A program made the position numbers and the translations under genes. The notes under the pieces were generated by a model. It saw only the letters and a list, made by a program, of their open reading frames with translations, was not told the DNA's origin and ran no database searches. DNA of 64,000 nt from Squalus acanthias (Eukaryota), in NCBI GenBank assembly GCA_030390025.1, contig JASTWF010000323.1, forward strand, positions 124,001 through 188,000. Reading direction: 5' to 3'. The first letter of the stretch is position 1, and each line of letters starts with the position of its first letter. Shown here one piece after another: positions 24,990 through 36,939 of the stretch.

Positions 24990-27900
24990 GCAGAGGGGGA
25001 AGGAGGAGAGAGCGAGAGGAGCCGTCGGAGATAAAGGTCGGCCAGAGAACCCGGTCCCCGGAGGGAGCATAAGGTTTTCGAGGTAAGTGACGTCAGCACA
25101 AGGGAAGACGCTGCAAAGAAAATAAATGTTGAGTAGATGTTAATTTTAATTCTGTTAAGTTAGTAAATTGTCCATGAAATAGAGGCATGGCAGTGCACAT
25201 CCGTCCCATGGAATGCACATCTTGTGCCATCTGGGAACTAGATTGATTCCTGGGATGGCCGGTCTGACATATCAAGAAAGATTGGGTCAACTGAACTTGT
25301 ATCCTCTGGAGTTCAGAGGAATGAGGGGGGATCTTATAGAGACATTTAAAATCCTGACTGGTTTAGACAAATTAGATGCGGGCAGAATGTTCCCAATGTT
25401 AGGGAAAACTAGAACCAGGGGTCACAGTCTAAGGATTAAGGGGAAGCCATTTAAGACTGAGCTGAGGAGGAACTTATTCACCCAGAGAGTGGTGAATTTA
25501 TGGAATTCTCTTCCACAGAAGGTTGTTGAGGCCAGTTCGATAAATATATTCAAAAGGGAGTTAGATATAACACTCACAACTCGGGGGATCAAGGGGTATG
25601 GCGAGAAAGCAGGAATGGGGTACTGAGGTAGCATGTTCAGCCATGAACGCATTGAATGGCGGTGCAGGCTCGAAGGACCGAATGGTCTACTCCTGTACCT
25701 ATTTTCTATGTTTCTATGTTTCTATGATACAGCTCACGGGTTTCGGAGCTTGAGCAGCAGCTGGCATGACTGCGGTGCATACGTGAGGCTGAGAGCTCTG
25801 GGGATAGTACGTTTCAGGAGGTGGTCACAACGCAGCATAAGATTGTGCAGGCAGAGAGAGAATAAGTGATCGTCAAACAGACAAGGAGGACCAGGCAGGT
25901 AGTGCAGGAGTCCCCTGAGTGCATCTCATTCGATTGTTCCTCTGGAGAGTACAGCCAGAGCCAAGTCCACGGCACAACGGGTGGCTCAGCTGTATGTGGG
26001 GGGAGGAGAAAGATCGCGAAAGCAATAGTGATAGAAGATTGGATAGTTAGGGGAAGAGACAGGCCTTTCTCCGGCCGCAGACCTGACTGCAAATGATATG
26101 TTGCCTCCCTGGTGTCAGGGTCAAGGATGTCACTGAAATGCTGTAGAACATTCTGAGGGTGGAGTGTGAAAAGCCAGAGGTCGTGCTCCATATCAATAAC
26201 AACGACATAGGTAGAAAGAGTGATGTGATCCTGCAGCCAGATAATAGGGAGCTAGAAAAGAGATTACAAAGCAGGACCTCGAAGGTAGTAATCTTCTGAT
26301 TACTCCCAGTTCCACTAGATAGTGAGTATAGAAATAGGAGGAAAGAGCAGATGAAAGCGTGGCTGGAGACATGGTGCAGGAGGGAGGGCTTTAGATTCCT
26401 GGGACAATTGGGACCGGTTCTGGGGGAGGTGGGACATGTACAGATCAGACGGGTTGCATAGAATCATAGAAATTTACAGCACAGAAAGAGGCCATTCAGC
26501 CCATTTGTCCGTGCCGGCCGACAAAGAGCTATCCACCCTAATCCTACTTTCCAGCACTTGGTCCGTAGCTTTGCAGGTTACGGCACTTCAAGAGCATATC
26601 CAAGTACTTTTTAAATGTGATGAGAGTTTCTGCCTCGACCACACTTTCAGGCAGTGAGTTCCAGACCCCCACCACCCTCTGGATGAAAAGATTTCTCCTC
26701 AAATTCCCTATAAACCTCCGAGCAATTACTTTAAATCTATGCCCCTGGCTATTGACCCTTCTGCTAAGGGAAATAGCTCCTTCCTATCCACTCTATCTAG
26801 GCCCCTCATAATTTTATACTCCTCAATTAGATCTCCTCCTCAGCCTCCTATGTTCCAAAGAAAACAGCCCCAGCCTCTCCAATCTTTCCTCACAGCTAAA
26901 ATTCTCCAGTCCATGAAACATCCTCGCAAATCTCCTCTGTATCCTCTCTAGCGCAATCACATCTTTCCTGTAATATGGTGACCAGAAATGCACGCAGTAT
27001 TCTAGCTGAGGCCGAATATAGCGTTTTATACAGTTCAAGCATAACCTCCCTGCTCTTGGCCTCTGCTAATAAAGGCAAGTATCCCGTATGAACTTCCTAG
27101 CCACGTTATTTACCTGTCCTGCTACCTTCAGGGATCTGTGCACATGCACTCCATGAGCCCTCTCTTGCTCTGCACTTCTCAGTATCCTACCATTTATTGT
27201 TTATGCCCTTGCATTGTTAGCCCTCCCCAAATGCATTACGTCACACTGCTCCGGATTGAATTCCATTTGCCACTGTTCTGCCCACCTGACCAGTCCATTG
27301 ATATCTTCCTGAAGTCTGCAGCTTTCTTCTTCATTATGCACTTTTTGTTTCATCTGCAAACTTCTTAATCGTATCCCGTACATTCAAGTCTAAATCATTG
27401 ATATATATATCAAAAAGCAAGGCAACTCAACAGAGCTGGGATCACTGTTCTGGCAGGGAGGTGGGTGTGTTAGTGTTGTTGGGGAGGGTTTAAAATAATC
27501 TGCCAGGTGGGTGGGCACCAGGATGTGGCATTAGAAAGGAGAAACAAGGTGCACAAAGGATTGGGAGAGACAGATAGCAGTAGAGTATGAAATAGCACGG
27601 GATTAGGTGGGATCAGACGAAGAGAGAATCCAAGAAGGTCTAAGATAGAAATAAAAAATGTTGGAAACACTCAGCATGTCAGACAGCTTCCGTGGAGAGA
27701 GAAACAGAGTGAACCTTTCAGGTCTGTGACCCTTCGTCAGAACTGGAAAAAGTTAGAGATGTAACAGGTTTTAAGCAGATGCAGAGGCAGTGAAAGCGGG
27801 GAGGGAAGGAAATAAGGTAAGGGACGGTCTGAAATTCAGATAGGAAGTGAAAAAGGAAATAAGAGGGCCAAAGAGAGAGTATGAGAATAGATTGGCAGCT

Positions 27901-29488
27901 AACATTAAATGGAATCCAGAAGTCCTCTATCGGCATATAAATATTAAACGGGTATTAAGAGGAGGGCTGGGCCGATTAAGGACCTATGAATGGAGGCAGA
28001 AGGCATGGCTGAGATACTGAATGAATAATTTGCATCTATTTTTAGCAAGGAAGAAGATGCTGCCGAAGTCATAGTGAAAGTGAGGTAGTTGAGATACTGG
28101 GAGGTGTAAAAATTGATAAATTGGAGGTACTATAAAGGTATGTTTTACTTAAAGTGGATAAATCCCCAGGAGCGGATGGGATGCCTCCGCGGATGCTGTG
28201 GGAAGTAAGGGTGGACATTGTGGAGGTACTGGCCATAATCTTTCAATCCTCCTTAGATACGGTGTGGTGCCAGAGGACTGGAGAATTGTAAATGTTACAC
28301 CCTTGTTCAAAAACGGGTGCAAGGGTAAACCCAGCAACTATGGAGCAGTCAGTTTAACATGGTGGTGGGGAAGATTTTAGAAACGGTCACTTGGAGAAGT
28401 GTGGATTAATTCAGCAAAACCAGCATGGATTTGTCAAAGGCAAATCATGTTTTAACTAACTTGACGTGTTTTTTGATGAGGTGACAGAGGGTTGATGAGC
28501 TCAATGCGGTTGATGTGGTGTACATGGACTTCAGAAAGACGTTTGATAAAGTGTCACATAATAGGCTCGCCAGCAAAGTTGATGCCCGCGGAATAAAAGG
28601 GACAGTTGCAGCATGGATACGAAATTGGCTGAGAGACAGGAAACAGATGGGCAGAACAGTGGCAAATGGAATTTAACTCTGAAAAGTATGAGGTGATGCA
28701 TTTTGGGAGGACTAACAAGGCAAGGGAATACACAATGAATGGTAGGACCCTAGGAAGGACAGAGGATCAGAGGAAACTTGGTGTGCATGTACATAGATCC
28801 CTGAAGGCAGCAGGACGGGTAGCTAAGGTGATGAAAAAGGCAAATGGGATACTTGCCTTCATTAACCGAGGCATACAATTTTAGAGCAGGGAGGTTATGA
28901 TGGAGCTGCACAAACCGCTAGTTAGACCACAGCTGAAATACTGTGTGCAGTTCCTCTCGCCACACTATAGGAAGGATGTGATTGCATTGGAGAGGGTGCA
29001 GAGGAGATTCACCAGGATGTTACCTGGGCTGGAGCGCTTCAGCTATGAAGAGAGACTGGGCAGGCTGGGGTTGTTTTCCTTAGATCAGAGAAGGCTGAGG
29101 GGGGACCTGATAGATGTGTGCAAAATTATGAGCGTCATAAATAGGGTAGATACAAAGGAACTTTTCCCCTTAGTAGAGGGGTCAATAACCAGGGGGCATA
29201 GTTTCAAGGTAAGGGGCAGGAGGTTTAGAGGGGTTTTGAGGAAAAACTTTTTCACCCAGAGGGTGGTTGGAATCTGGAACTCACTGCCTGAAAGGGTGGT
29301 AGATGCAGGAACACTCACAACATTCAAGAAGCATTTAGTTGAGCACTTGAAACGCCATAGCATACAAGGCTACGGACCTAGTGCTGGAAAATGGGATTAG
29401 AATAGACAGGGCTTGATGGCCGGCGCGGACACGAACGGCCGAAGAGCCTCTTTCTGTGCTGCAAAATTCTATGACTCTATGAATCTAT
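24990..29488 (+). mobile_element. Fragmented CR1 LINE (5' UTR, ORF1 zinc finger/SGNH esterase, partial ORF2, tail) with nested insertions
   Basis: ORF1 start MAVHIRPMECTSCAIW at ~25187; CLPGVRVKDV; RT ORFs 28666-29400; tail ttctatgactctatga. Nested: CR1 fragment 25234-25725 (+), CR1 26458-27420 (-), Penelope-type repeat 27650-27835. Confidence 0.75.
27650..27835 (-). mobile_element. Penelope-like terminal repeat fragment; related copies at 49680-49820 (+) and 50765-50862 (-)
   Basis: Shared motif ctcagcaggtcaggcagcatctgtggagagagaaacagagttaacgtttcaggtc...cccttcgtcag in three places; hammerhead-like core. Confidence 0.6.
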
Positions 29489-29714
29489 GACATGATCTCA
29501 TTCAATGAAATGCTCGAATTGCCGTGCGGCCTAAACCTGCTCCTAATTCTTATGTTCTTATGTTTAAGGGCGGGTGAAATATTGCGAATTCGCTCACTTT
29601 TAATTTGAAACTGTGCACAATAAGTTGAGCTAGATTGTGTTGCAGTAAAGTGTTGTGGTGATAATGGTTCAATGAGTTGGTTTGTTCTTTGACAAAAATC
29701 AATGCCAGATACAG

Positions 29715-29790
29715 AGAGACGTAATGATGTCACTCGGGGATTTCCCTCTGCTCTAAATAAGGAGCTCCCTTCACTGTTTCACCTCACACA
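29715..29790 (+). promoter_or_regulatory. Putative promoter of alternative GPCR exon 1b
   Basis: gggatttccctctgctctaaataaggagctcccttcactg aligns with gggtttccctcttctattaataagggacacctttcaatg upstream of exon 1a; consensus kB site GGGATTTCCC at 29737-29746. Confidence 0.5.
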
Positions 29791-29844
29791 GTCAGCGCAC
29801 TGCCTACAGCACAAAAACCACCAGCCACTCTGAGAAGGGAAGAC

Positions 29845-29935
29845 ATGGATTGGAATGAAGTGTTTAGGATATTAGGAACAAGTTATGTTATGCAAAATAT
29901 GTACTATCCCCTCCTCACTGCTGTTTATGTTCCGA
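29845..29935 (+). CDS. Second GPCR first exon (exon 1b): alternative N-terminus or orphan paralogue exon
   Basis: MDWNEVFRILGTSYVMQNMYYPLLTAVYVP (30 codons + 1 nt), homologous to YYPLLAAVGVP; followed by GT at 29936 (A|GTATGG), phase 1 like exon 1a; not in the ORF track. Confidence 0.65.
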
Positions 29936-30031
29936 GTATGGATCTATGTCCAGTTATTAATTCTAAGTAATGGAGAGGCCCTGAGAATGAGTTGGCACTT
30001 CAGCTACAAAGCATTGATGGCTCTGTTTGGC

Positions 30032-33000
30032 CCAGTGACCTCTGGGTTAGAGAGGAGGTGAATCATCCCAGGTTCCTGCTCCTGATCAGTGTCCAGTGAC
30101 AGCTAGCTTAGAGGGAGATGTTGAATCAGCCCTGGTTCCTGCTCCTGATCCCAGTCTAATGACCACTGGGTTAGAGGGAAAGGGTGAATCAGCCCACACT
30201 CCTCCTCCTGATCGCTGTCCAGTGACCCCTCGGTAGGAGGGAGAGGGTGGGTCAGCCCGGGTTCCTGCTCCTGATCCATGTCCAGTGATCCCTGGGATAG
30301 GGATTCGGTGAATGAGCCCAGGATCCTAATTTAAGGAAAGATATAGTTGCATTAGAGGCAGTTCTGAGAATGCTCACTAGGTTGATTCCTAAGTTGAAGG
30401 CGTTGTCTTATGATGAAAGGTTAAGCAGGTTGGGCCTATACCCATGGGAGTGTAGAAGAATGAGAGGTGATCTTATTGAAACATATCGGATTCTGTGGGG
30501 GCTCCACAAGGTAGATGCAGGGAGCATGTTTCCCCTCGTGGGGGAATCTAGAACTTGGAGGCATAGTTTCAGAATTAGGGGTCGCCCATTTAAAACGCAG
30601 ATGAGGAGGAATTTATTCTCTGAGGGTCGTGATTCGTTGGGATTCTCAACCCCAGAGAGCTGTGGAGGCTGAGTCATTAAATATATTCAAGGCGGAGATT
30701 GACAGATTTTTAATAGACAGGGGAATCAAGGGTTATGGGGAGTGGGAAGGAAAGTGGAGTTAAGGCCAAGATCAGATCAGCCATGATCTTATTGAATGAC
30801 GGAGCAGGTTTGAGGAGCGGAATGGCCTATTCCTGCTCCTATTTATTATGTTCTTGTGTCCAGTGACCCCTTGGTCCGAGGGAAAGTGTGAATCAGCCCA
30901 GGTTCCTGTTCCTGATCACTGTCAAGTGACCCCTGGGTTAAGAAGAGAGTTAAGTAACCCAGGTTCCTGCTCCTGATCACGGTCCAGTGACCCCTGGGTT
31001 AGGGAGGTGGTAAATCAGCCCGGGTTCCTGCTCCTGATCCCTGTCAAGTGACCCCTGGGCTAGGGAGGGGGTGAATCACTCCACGTTCCTGCTCCTGATC
31101 CCTGTCCTGTGACACCTGGTTAAGGGAGAGGGTGAATCAGCCCGCGGTCCTGTTCCTGATCCCTGTGTAGTGACCCCTGGGTTAGAAATGCGGTGAATGA
31201 GCCCATGATCCTTATTTAAGGAAGGATATAGTTGCATTGGAGGCAGTTCTGAGAATGCTCAATAGGTTGATTCCTGAGTTGAATGGTTTGCCTTACACGG
31301 AAAGGTTGAGCAGGTTGGGCCTATACCCATTGGAGTTCAGAAGAAAGAGACGTGATCTTATTGAAACATATAATATTCTGAGGGGGCTCGACAAGGTAGC
31401 TGCAGGGAGAATGTTTCAACTCGTGGGGGTATCTAGAACTAGGGGACATAGTTTCAGAATAAGGGGTCGCCCATTTAAAACGGAGATGAAGAGAGTTTTC
31501 TTCTCAGAGGGTCGTGAATCTTTGGAATTCTCTACCCCAGAGAGCTGTGCAGGCTGAGTCATTGAATATGTTCAAGACGGAGATCGATAGATTTTGAAAA
31601 ACAGGTGAATCAAGGGTTATGGGGACCGGGCAGGAAAGTGGAGTTGAGTCCAAGATCTGATCAGCCATGATCTTATTGAATGACAGAGCAGGCTTGAGGG
31701 GCGGAATGGCCTATTCCTGCTCCTATTTCTTATGTTCTTATGTCCAGTGACCCCTGGGTCCGAGGGAGAGGCTGAATCTGCCCAGGTTCCTGCACCTAAT
31801 CCCTGATAAATGACGCCTGGGTTATGGAGGGGGCGAATCAGCCCAGGTCCCTGTACCTGTTCTCTGTCCAGTGACCCCTGGGTTAGGAAGGGGGCTGAAT
31901 CAGCCCGGTCTCCTGCTCCTGATCCCAGTCTGATGACCCCTGGGTTAGAGGGAGAGGGAGAATCAGCCCAGGTCCCTGCTGCTGATCACTGTCGAGTAAC
32001 TCCTGGCTAAGGGAGGGGTGAATCAGCCTGGGATTCCTGATCCTGATCCCTGTCCAGTGGCCCCTTGTTTAGGGAGGGGTTGAATCAGACCGGGTTCCTG
32101 CTCCGGATCCCTGTCCAGTGAACAATGGCTTAGGGAGGGGGCGCATCAGCCCGGATTCCAGCTCTTGATCCCTGTCCAGTGAGCCCTGGGTTAGGGATGG
32201 GGTGAATCAGCCCAGGTTCCTTAATTAAGGAAGGATATATTTGGGGAGAAAGCAGGGACAGAGTACTGAATTTGGAAGATCAGCCATGATCGTATCGAAT
32301 GGCGGAGCAGGCTAGAGGGCCCGTATGGCCTATTCCTGCTCCTATCTTCTATGATTCTATGATTCTATGGTTTGCATTGGAGGCAGTTCAGAGAAGTTTC
32401 ACTCGGTTGATTCCTGAGTTGAAGGGGTTGTCTAATGAGGAAAGTTTGAGAAGCTGGGACCTATACTCATTGAAGCTTAGAAGAATGAGAGGTGATCCTA
32501 TTGCAACATATAAAATTCTGAGGGGGCTTGACAGGGTAGAAGAAGGGAGGATGTTTGCCCTCGTGCGGGAATCTAGAAGTAGGGGGCATTGTTTCAGAAT
32601 AATGAGTCGCCCATTTACAACGGATATGAGGAGGAATTTCTTCTCTCAGAGGGTCGTCAATCTTTGGAATTCTCTACCCCAGAGAGATGTGGAGGCTGAG
32701 TCGCTGAATATATTCAAGGCGGAGATAGACAGATTTTTGAAAAACAGTGGAATCAAGGGTTATGAGGAGCGGGTAGGAAAGTGGAGTTGAGGCAAGGATC
32801 AGTTCAGCCATGAACTTATTGAATGACGGAGTAGGCTTGAGGGGAAGAATGGCCTATTCATGCTCCTATTTCTTACGTGTTATGTTTTTATATCCAGTGA
32901 CCCCTGGGTTCGTGGGAGAGGGTGAATGAGCCCAGGTTCCTGCTCCTGATCACTGTCCAGTGACCCCTGGTTAGAGGGAGGGGGTGAGTCAGCCCGGGTT

Positions 33001-34972
33001 CCTGCTCCTGAGCCCTGTCCAAATACCCCTTTGTTAGGAAGGGGATGAAATAGTCCGGTTTCTTCCTCCTGATCACTGTCCAATGTCCCCTTTGTTATGC
33101 AGGGTGTGAATTAGCCCGGTTTCCTGCTCCTGATCCCTGTCCAGTGACCGCTGGGTTAGTGAGGGGATGAATCAGCCCTGGTTCATGAGGCTGATCCCTG
33201 TCCAGTGACCCCTGGGTTAGATTGAGTGTGAATCAGACCGGGTTGCTGCTCCTGATCACTTTACTGTGAAACCTGGGTGAGGGAGGGGGTGAATCAGCCC
33301 AGGTTCCAGCTCCTGATCACTGTCCAGTGAACCCGGCGTTAGGTTGAGGGTGAGTCAGGCCGGGTTCCTGCTCCTGATCCATTTCCAATGACCCCTTTGT
33401 TAGAGACGGGGTGAATTAGCCCGGTTTCTTACTCCTGATCGCTGTGCCGTGACCCCTGGGTTAAAGGGAGAGGTTGAATCAGCCCGGATTCCTGCTCCTG
33501 ATCCCTGTCAAATGACCCTTGTGTTAGGGAGATGTTGAATCAGCCCAGTTTCATGATCTGATCCCTGTCCAGTGACTCCTGGGTTAGGGTGATGGTGAAT
33601 CAGACCGGGATCCTGCTCCTGATCACTGCCCAGTGAACGCTGTGTAAGGAAGGAGGTGAATCAGCCCAGATTCCCCTTTCTGATCCCTGTCAAGTGACCC
33701 CTGGGTTAGATGGAGAGGTTGAATTAGTCCAGGTTCCTGCTCCTGATCCCTGCCCAGTGACCCCTGGATTAGGGATGGGGTGAATCAGACCAGCTTCCTC
33801 ATTTAAGGAAGGATATACTTGGATTGGAGGCAGTTCTGAGAATGTTCACTAGATTGATTCCTGAGTTGATGGGTTGTCTTATGAAGAAAGGTTGAGCAGG
33901 TTGGGCCTAAACTCATTGGAGTTGAGAAGAATGAGAGGTGATCTTATTGAAACATTTAACATTCTGAGCGGGTTTGACAGGGTAGATGCAGGGGGGATGT
34001 TTCCACTCGTGGGGGAATCAAGAACTCGAGGGCATCATTTCAGAATAAGGGGCCGTCCATTTAAAACGGAGATGAGGAGGAATTTCTTCTCTCAGGGGGT
34101 CGTGAATCTTTGGAATTCTCTACCCCAGACAGCTGTGGAGGCTGAGTCGTTGAATATATTCAAGGCGGAGATAGACAGATTTTTGAAAAACAGGGGATTC
34201 AAGGGTTATGAGGAGAGGGCAGGAAAGTGGAGTTGAGGCCAAGATCAGATCAGCCATAAAATTATCGAATGACGGAGCAGGCTCGAGGGGCCGAATGGCC
34301 TATTCCTTCCCCTATGTCTTATGTTCTTATGTCCAGTGACCCCTGGGTTAAAGGCAGAGGGGGAAATGAGCCCAGGTTCCTGATCCTGATCATCTGTTCA
34401 GTGACCCCTCGGTTAGAGGGTGAGGGTGAATCAGCCCGGGTCCCTGCTCCTGATCCCTGTCACATGACCCTTGTGCTAGGGAGATGTTGAATCAGCCCAG
34501 GTTCATGATCTGATCCCTGTCCAGTGACTCCTTGTTTAGAGTGATGGTGAATCAGACCGGGTTCCTGATCCTGATCACTGCCCAGTGAACGCTGTGAAAG
34601 GAAGGAGGTGAATCAGGCCAGATTCCTCTTTCTGATCCCTGTCCTGTGACCTCTGTGTTAGAGGGAGATGTTGAATTAGCCCAGGTTCCTGCTCCTGATC
34701 CCTGCCCAGTGACCCCTGGTTTAGGGATGGGGGGAATCAGCCCAGGTTTCTGCTCATGATCCCTACCCAGTGATCCCTGGGTTAGGGATGTGGTGAATCA
34801 GACCAGCTTCCTTATTTAAGGAAGGATATACTTGGATTGGAGTAAGTTCTGAGAATGTTCACTGGGTTGATTCCTGAGTTGAAGGGGTTTTCTTATTAAG
34901 AAAGATTGAGCAGGTTGGGCCTATACTCATTGGAGTTGAGAAGAATGAGATGTGATCTTATTAAAACATATA
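30032..34972 (+). repeat. Composite tandem array: ~60-bp satellite blocks alternating with five copies of one CR1 3' fragment
   Basis: Monomer ccagtgacccctgggttagggagggggtgaatcagcccaggttcctgctcctgatccctgt; CR1 pieces all start at tttaaggaaggatata (~30328, 31212, 32221, 33799, 34811). Confidence 0.92.
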
Positions 34973-35484
34973 GGGGTAAAAATTCACTTGGTTGCGCCTC
35001 CCGTTAGCGCCTTAAGAGGGCGCTAATGGGGCGTTAAGCCGCTAACGCCCGGGCGCAGCGCTGTTTGCGCCGCTCGAGAACTTAACTTGAGATTGTGCGG
35101 CGGCGCTAAAACTTACCGCTGCGACCACCTGCGCGCGCAGATTGTGACGTCATTCCATGGTGCAACGCCCTTGGGGCGCCCCGGAGCGGAAATTGAGTGG
35201 CGCCCCCTGCCTTACCGCCTGGCGCTTCCAACGACCGGAAGACTGGAACGTTATCAATCGGTGTGGGGCTGGGGGGGGGCGCTATTTAAAGGGGGCCTCT
35301 TCCTGTCTTTTTCTGTGGCCGACATTTAAGCACCACTCGTTCTGAGAGAGAGAGAGAGATTCAGAGAGAGAGAGAGAGAGACTTCTACATTGACTCAACG
35401 CTTTGTGAGGTAGTTTTGCCTAGTTCATCCTAACTTTGTTGCTACTTTAGTTGCTGTACCTCATACTTTTCTGGCAAAGAGAAT

Positions 35485-36645
35485 ATGGGGGCTGCAATGA
35501 TTGGGGGCGTCGTCCTGCTCCAGCTGAATCGGAGGATACTGAGACGCAGACAGAGAGTGGCAATGATGGCCAGACGGAGTAGGGCCATCAGGCGCATGTA
35601 CAGGAGAGCTTACCCTCCCAGGGTATATCGTGAACAGCTCTCCTACATCCATATGTCCGAGGAGCTGTGTTTGCGAAGGCTGCGATTCCGCAAGGAGGTG
35701 GTCACTGAGCTCTGCAACCTGCTGCAGCCAGATCTGCAGCCTCAGCTGAGGTCCAGGACGTCTCTGTCGGTGGCAGTGAAGGTCACAGTGGCTTTGAACT
35801 TCTACGCCACTGGCTCATTCCAAGCTGCTGTTGGGGACCTCGCCAATATCTCCCAGTTTGCGGTGCATTGCTGCATCCGGCAGGTCACCAATGCCCTCTT
35901 CAGAAGGAGACGAGACTTCATCTCTTTCCCTATGACCCCAGACAAGCAGCGTGACCGTGCTCTGGGCTTTGCGAGGGTAGCGGGCTTCCCCATGGTGCAG
36001 GGCGCCATTGACTGCACGCATGTGGCTTTGCATGCTCCGCGAGAGAATGCAGAGGAATTCAGGAACAGAAAGGGGTTCCATTCCTTGAATGTGCAGTTGG
36101 TCTGTGACCACAGACAGGTGATACTCGCTGTCAATGCCCACTATCCGGGCAGCTGCCACGATGCTTTCATCCTGCGCCAGACTACTGTGGCAGAAGTTTT
36201 CGAGGCACCGCATCAGCCAGTTGGTTGGCTTCTGGGGGACAAGGGGTACGCATTGAGCACCTGGCTGATGACACCGCTCCGTACGCCAAACACCCCTGCT
36301 GAGCTGCGGTACAATGAAAGCCATCAAGCAACCAGGAACATTATTGAGCGCACAATCGGCGTGCTGAAACAACGGTTCCGCTGTCTGGACCATTCCGGAG
36401 GAGCCCTGCAGTACTCGCCTGAGCAAGTTTCGAACTTCGTAGTCGTGTGCTGCATGTTGCACAACATGGCAATCCTCAGGACCCAGCCAATGCCACCAGG
36501 CCTTGTAGCACCACCAGAGGAGGAGGAGGAAGAGGAGGAACAGGACGAGGACGATGATCATCAGCAGCACCAAGGCAGGAGGGCGGCCCACAATGGTCAA
36601 ACTGCAAGGGCCGTCCGTCAACGACTAATAGCAAGCCGCTTCTAG
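35485..36645 (+). CDS. Harbinger DDE transposase (HARBI1-like), 386 aa, uninterrupted
   Basis: GAIDCTHV, NRKGFHSLNVQLVCD, YPGSCHDA, LLGDKGY, IERTIGVLKQRFRCL; TATA-like tatttaaa at 35283. Confidence 0.95.
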   Translation: MGAAMIGGVVLLQLNRRILRRRQRVAMMARRSRAIRRMYRRAYPPRVYREQLSYIHMSEELCLRRLRFRKEVVTELCNLLQPDLQPQLRSRTSLSVAVKVTVALNFYATGSFQAAVGDLANISQFAVHCCIRQVTNALFRRRRDFISFPMTPDKQRDRALGFARVAGFPMVQGAIDCTHVALHAPRENAEEFRNRKGFHSLNVQLVCDHRQVILAVNAHYPGSCHDAFILRQTTVAEVFEAPHQPVGWLLGDKGYALSTWLMTPLRTPNTPAELRYNESHQATRNIIERTIGVLKQRFRCLDHSGGALQYSPEQVSNFVVVCCMLHNMAILRTQPMPPGLVAPPEEEEEEEEQDEDDDHQQHQGRRAAHNGQTARAVRQRLIASRF

Positions 36646-36939
36646 GGCCCCTGCCATTGCTACAAACACTAATCAACCCAGCACGCAACCCCTAAGCCGG
36701 CCAAGGCACCAATAATTCCAACCACCAGCCATGTATATTTTGAATACAGAAACTTATTTATTTTACAAACTCTGTGTGTGTCAATTCCTCATGACAAACT
36801 CATAGAAATAAACACAAAAAAACAGTCAATAACATAACTGGTTCTCACAACCTGGAGATAATGTCCAAAACACTAAACAAAAGTTGGACCATGAACCTCG
36901 GCCTTTAATAAAAAAATGACCAGCATTTTGGCACACCTC

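Noticed and set aside
35485..36645. Domesticated host gene HARBI1
   Set aside because: Lies between TIRs with a partner Myb gene and has related copies nearby, so it is a transposon gene
35802..36688. Antisense ORFs (110-268 aa) over the transposase
   Set aside because: Shadow ORFs of a GC-rich coding strand with no recognisable motifs
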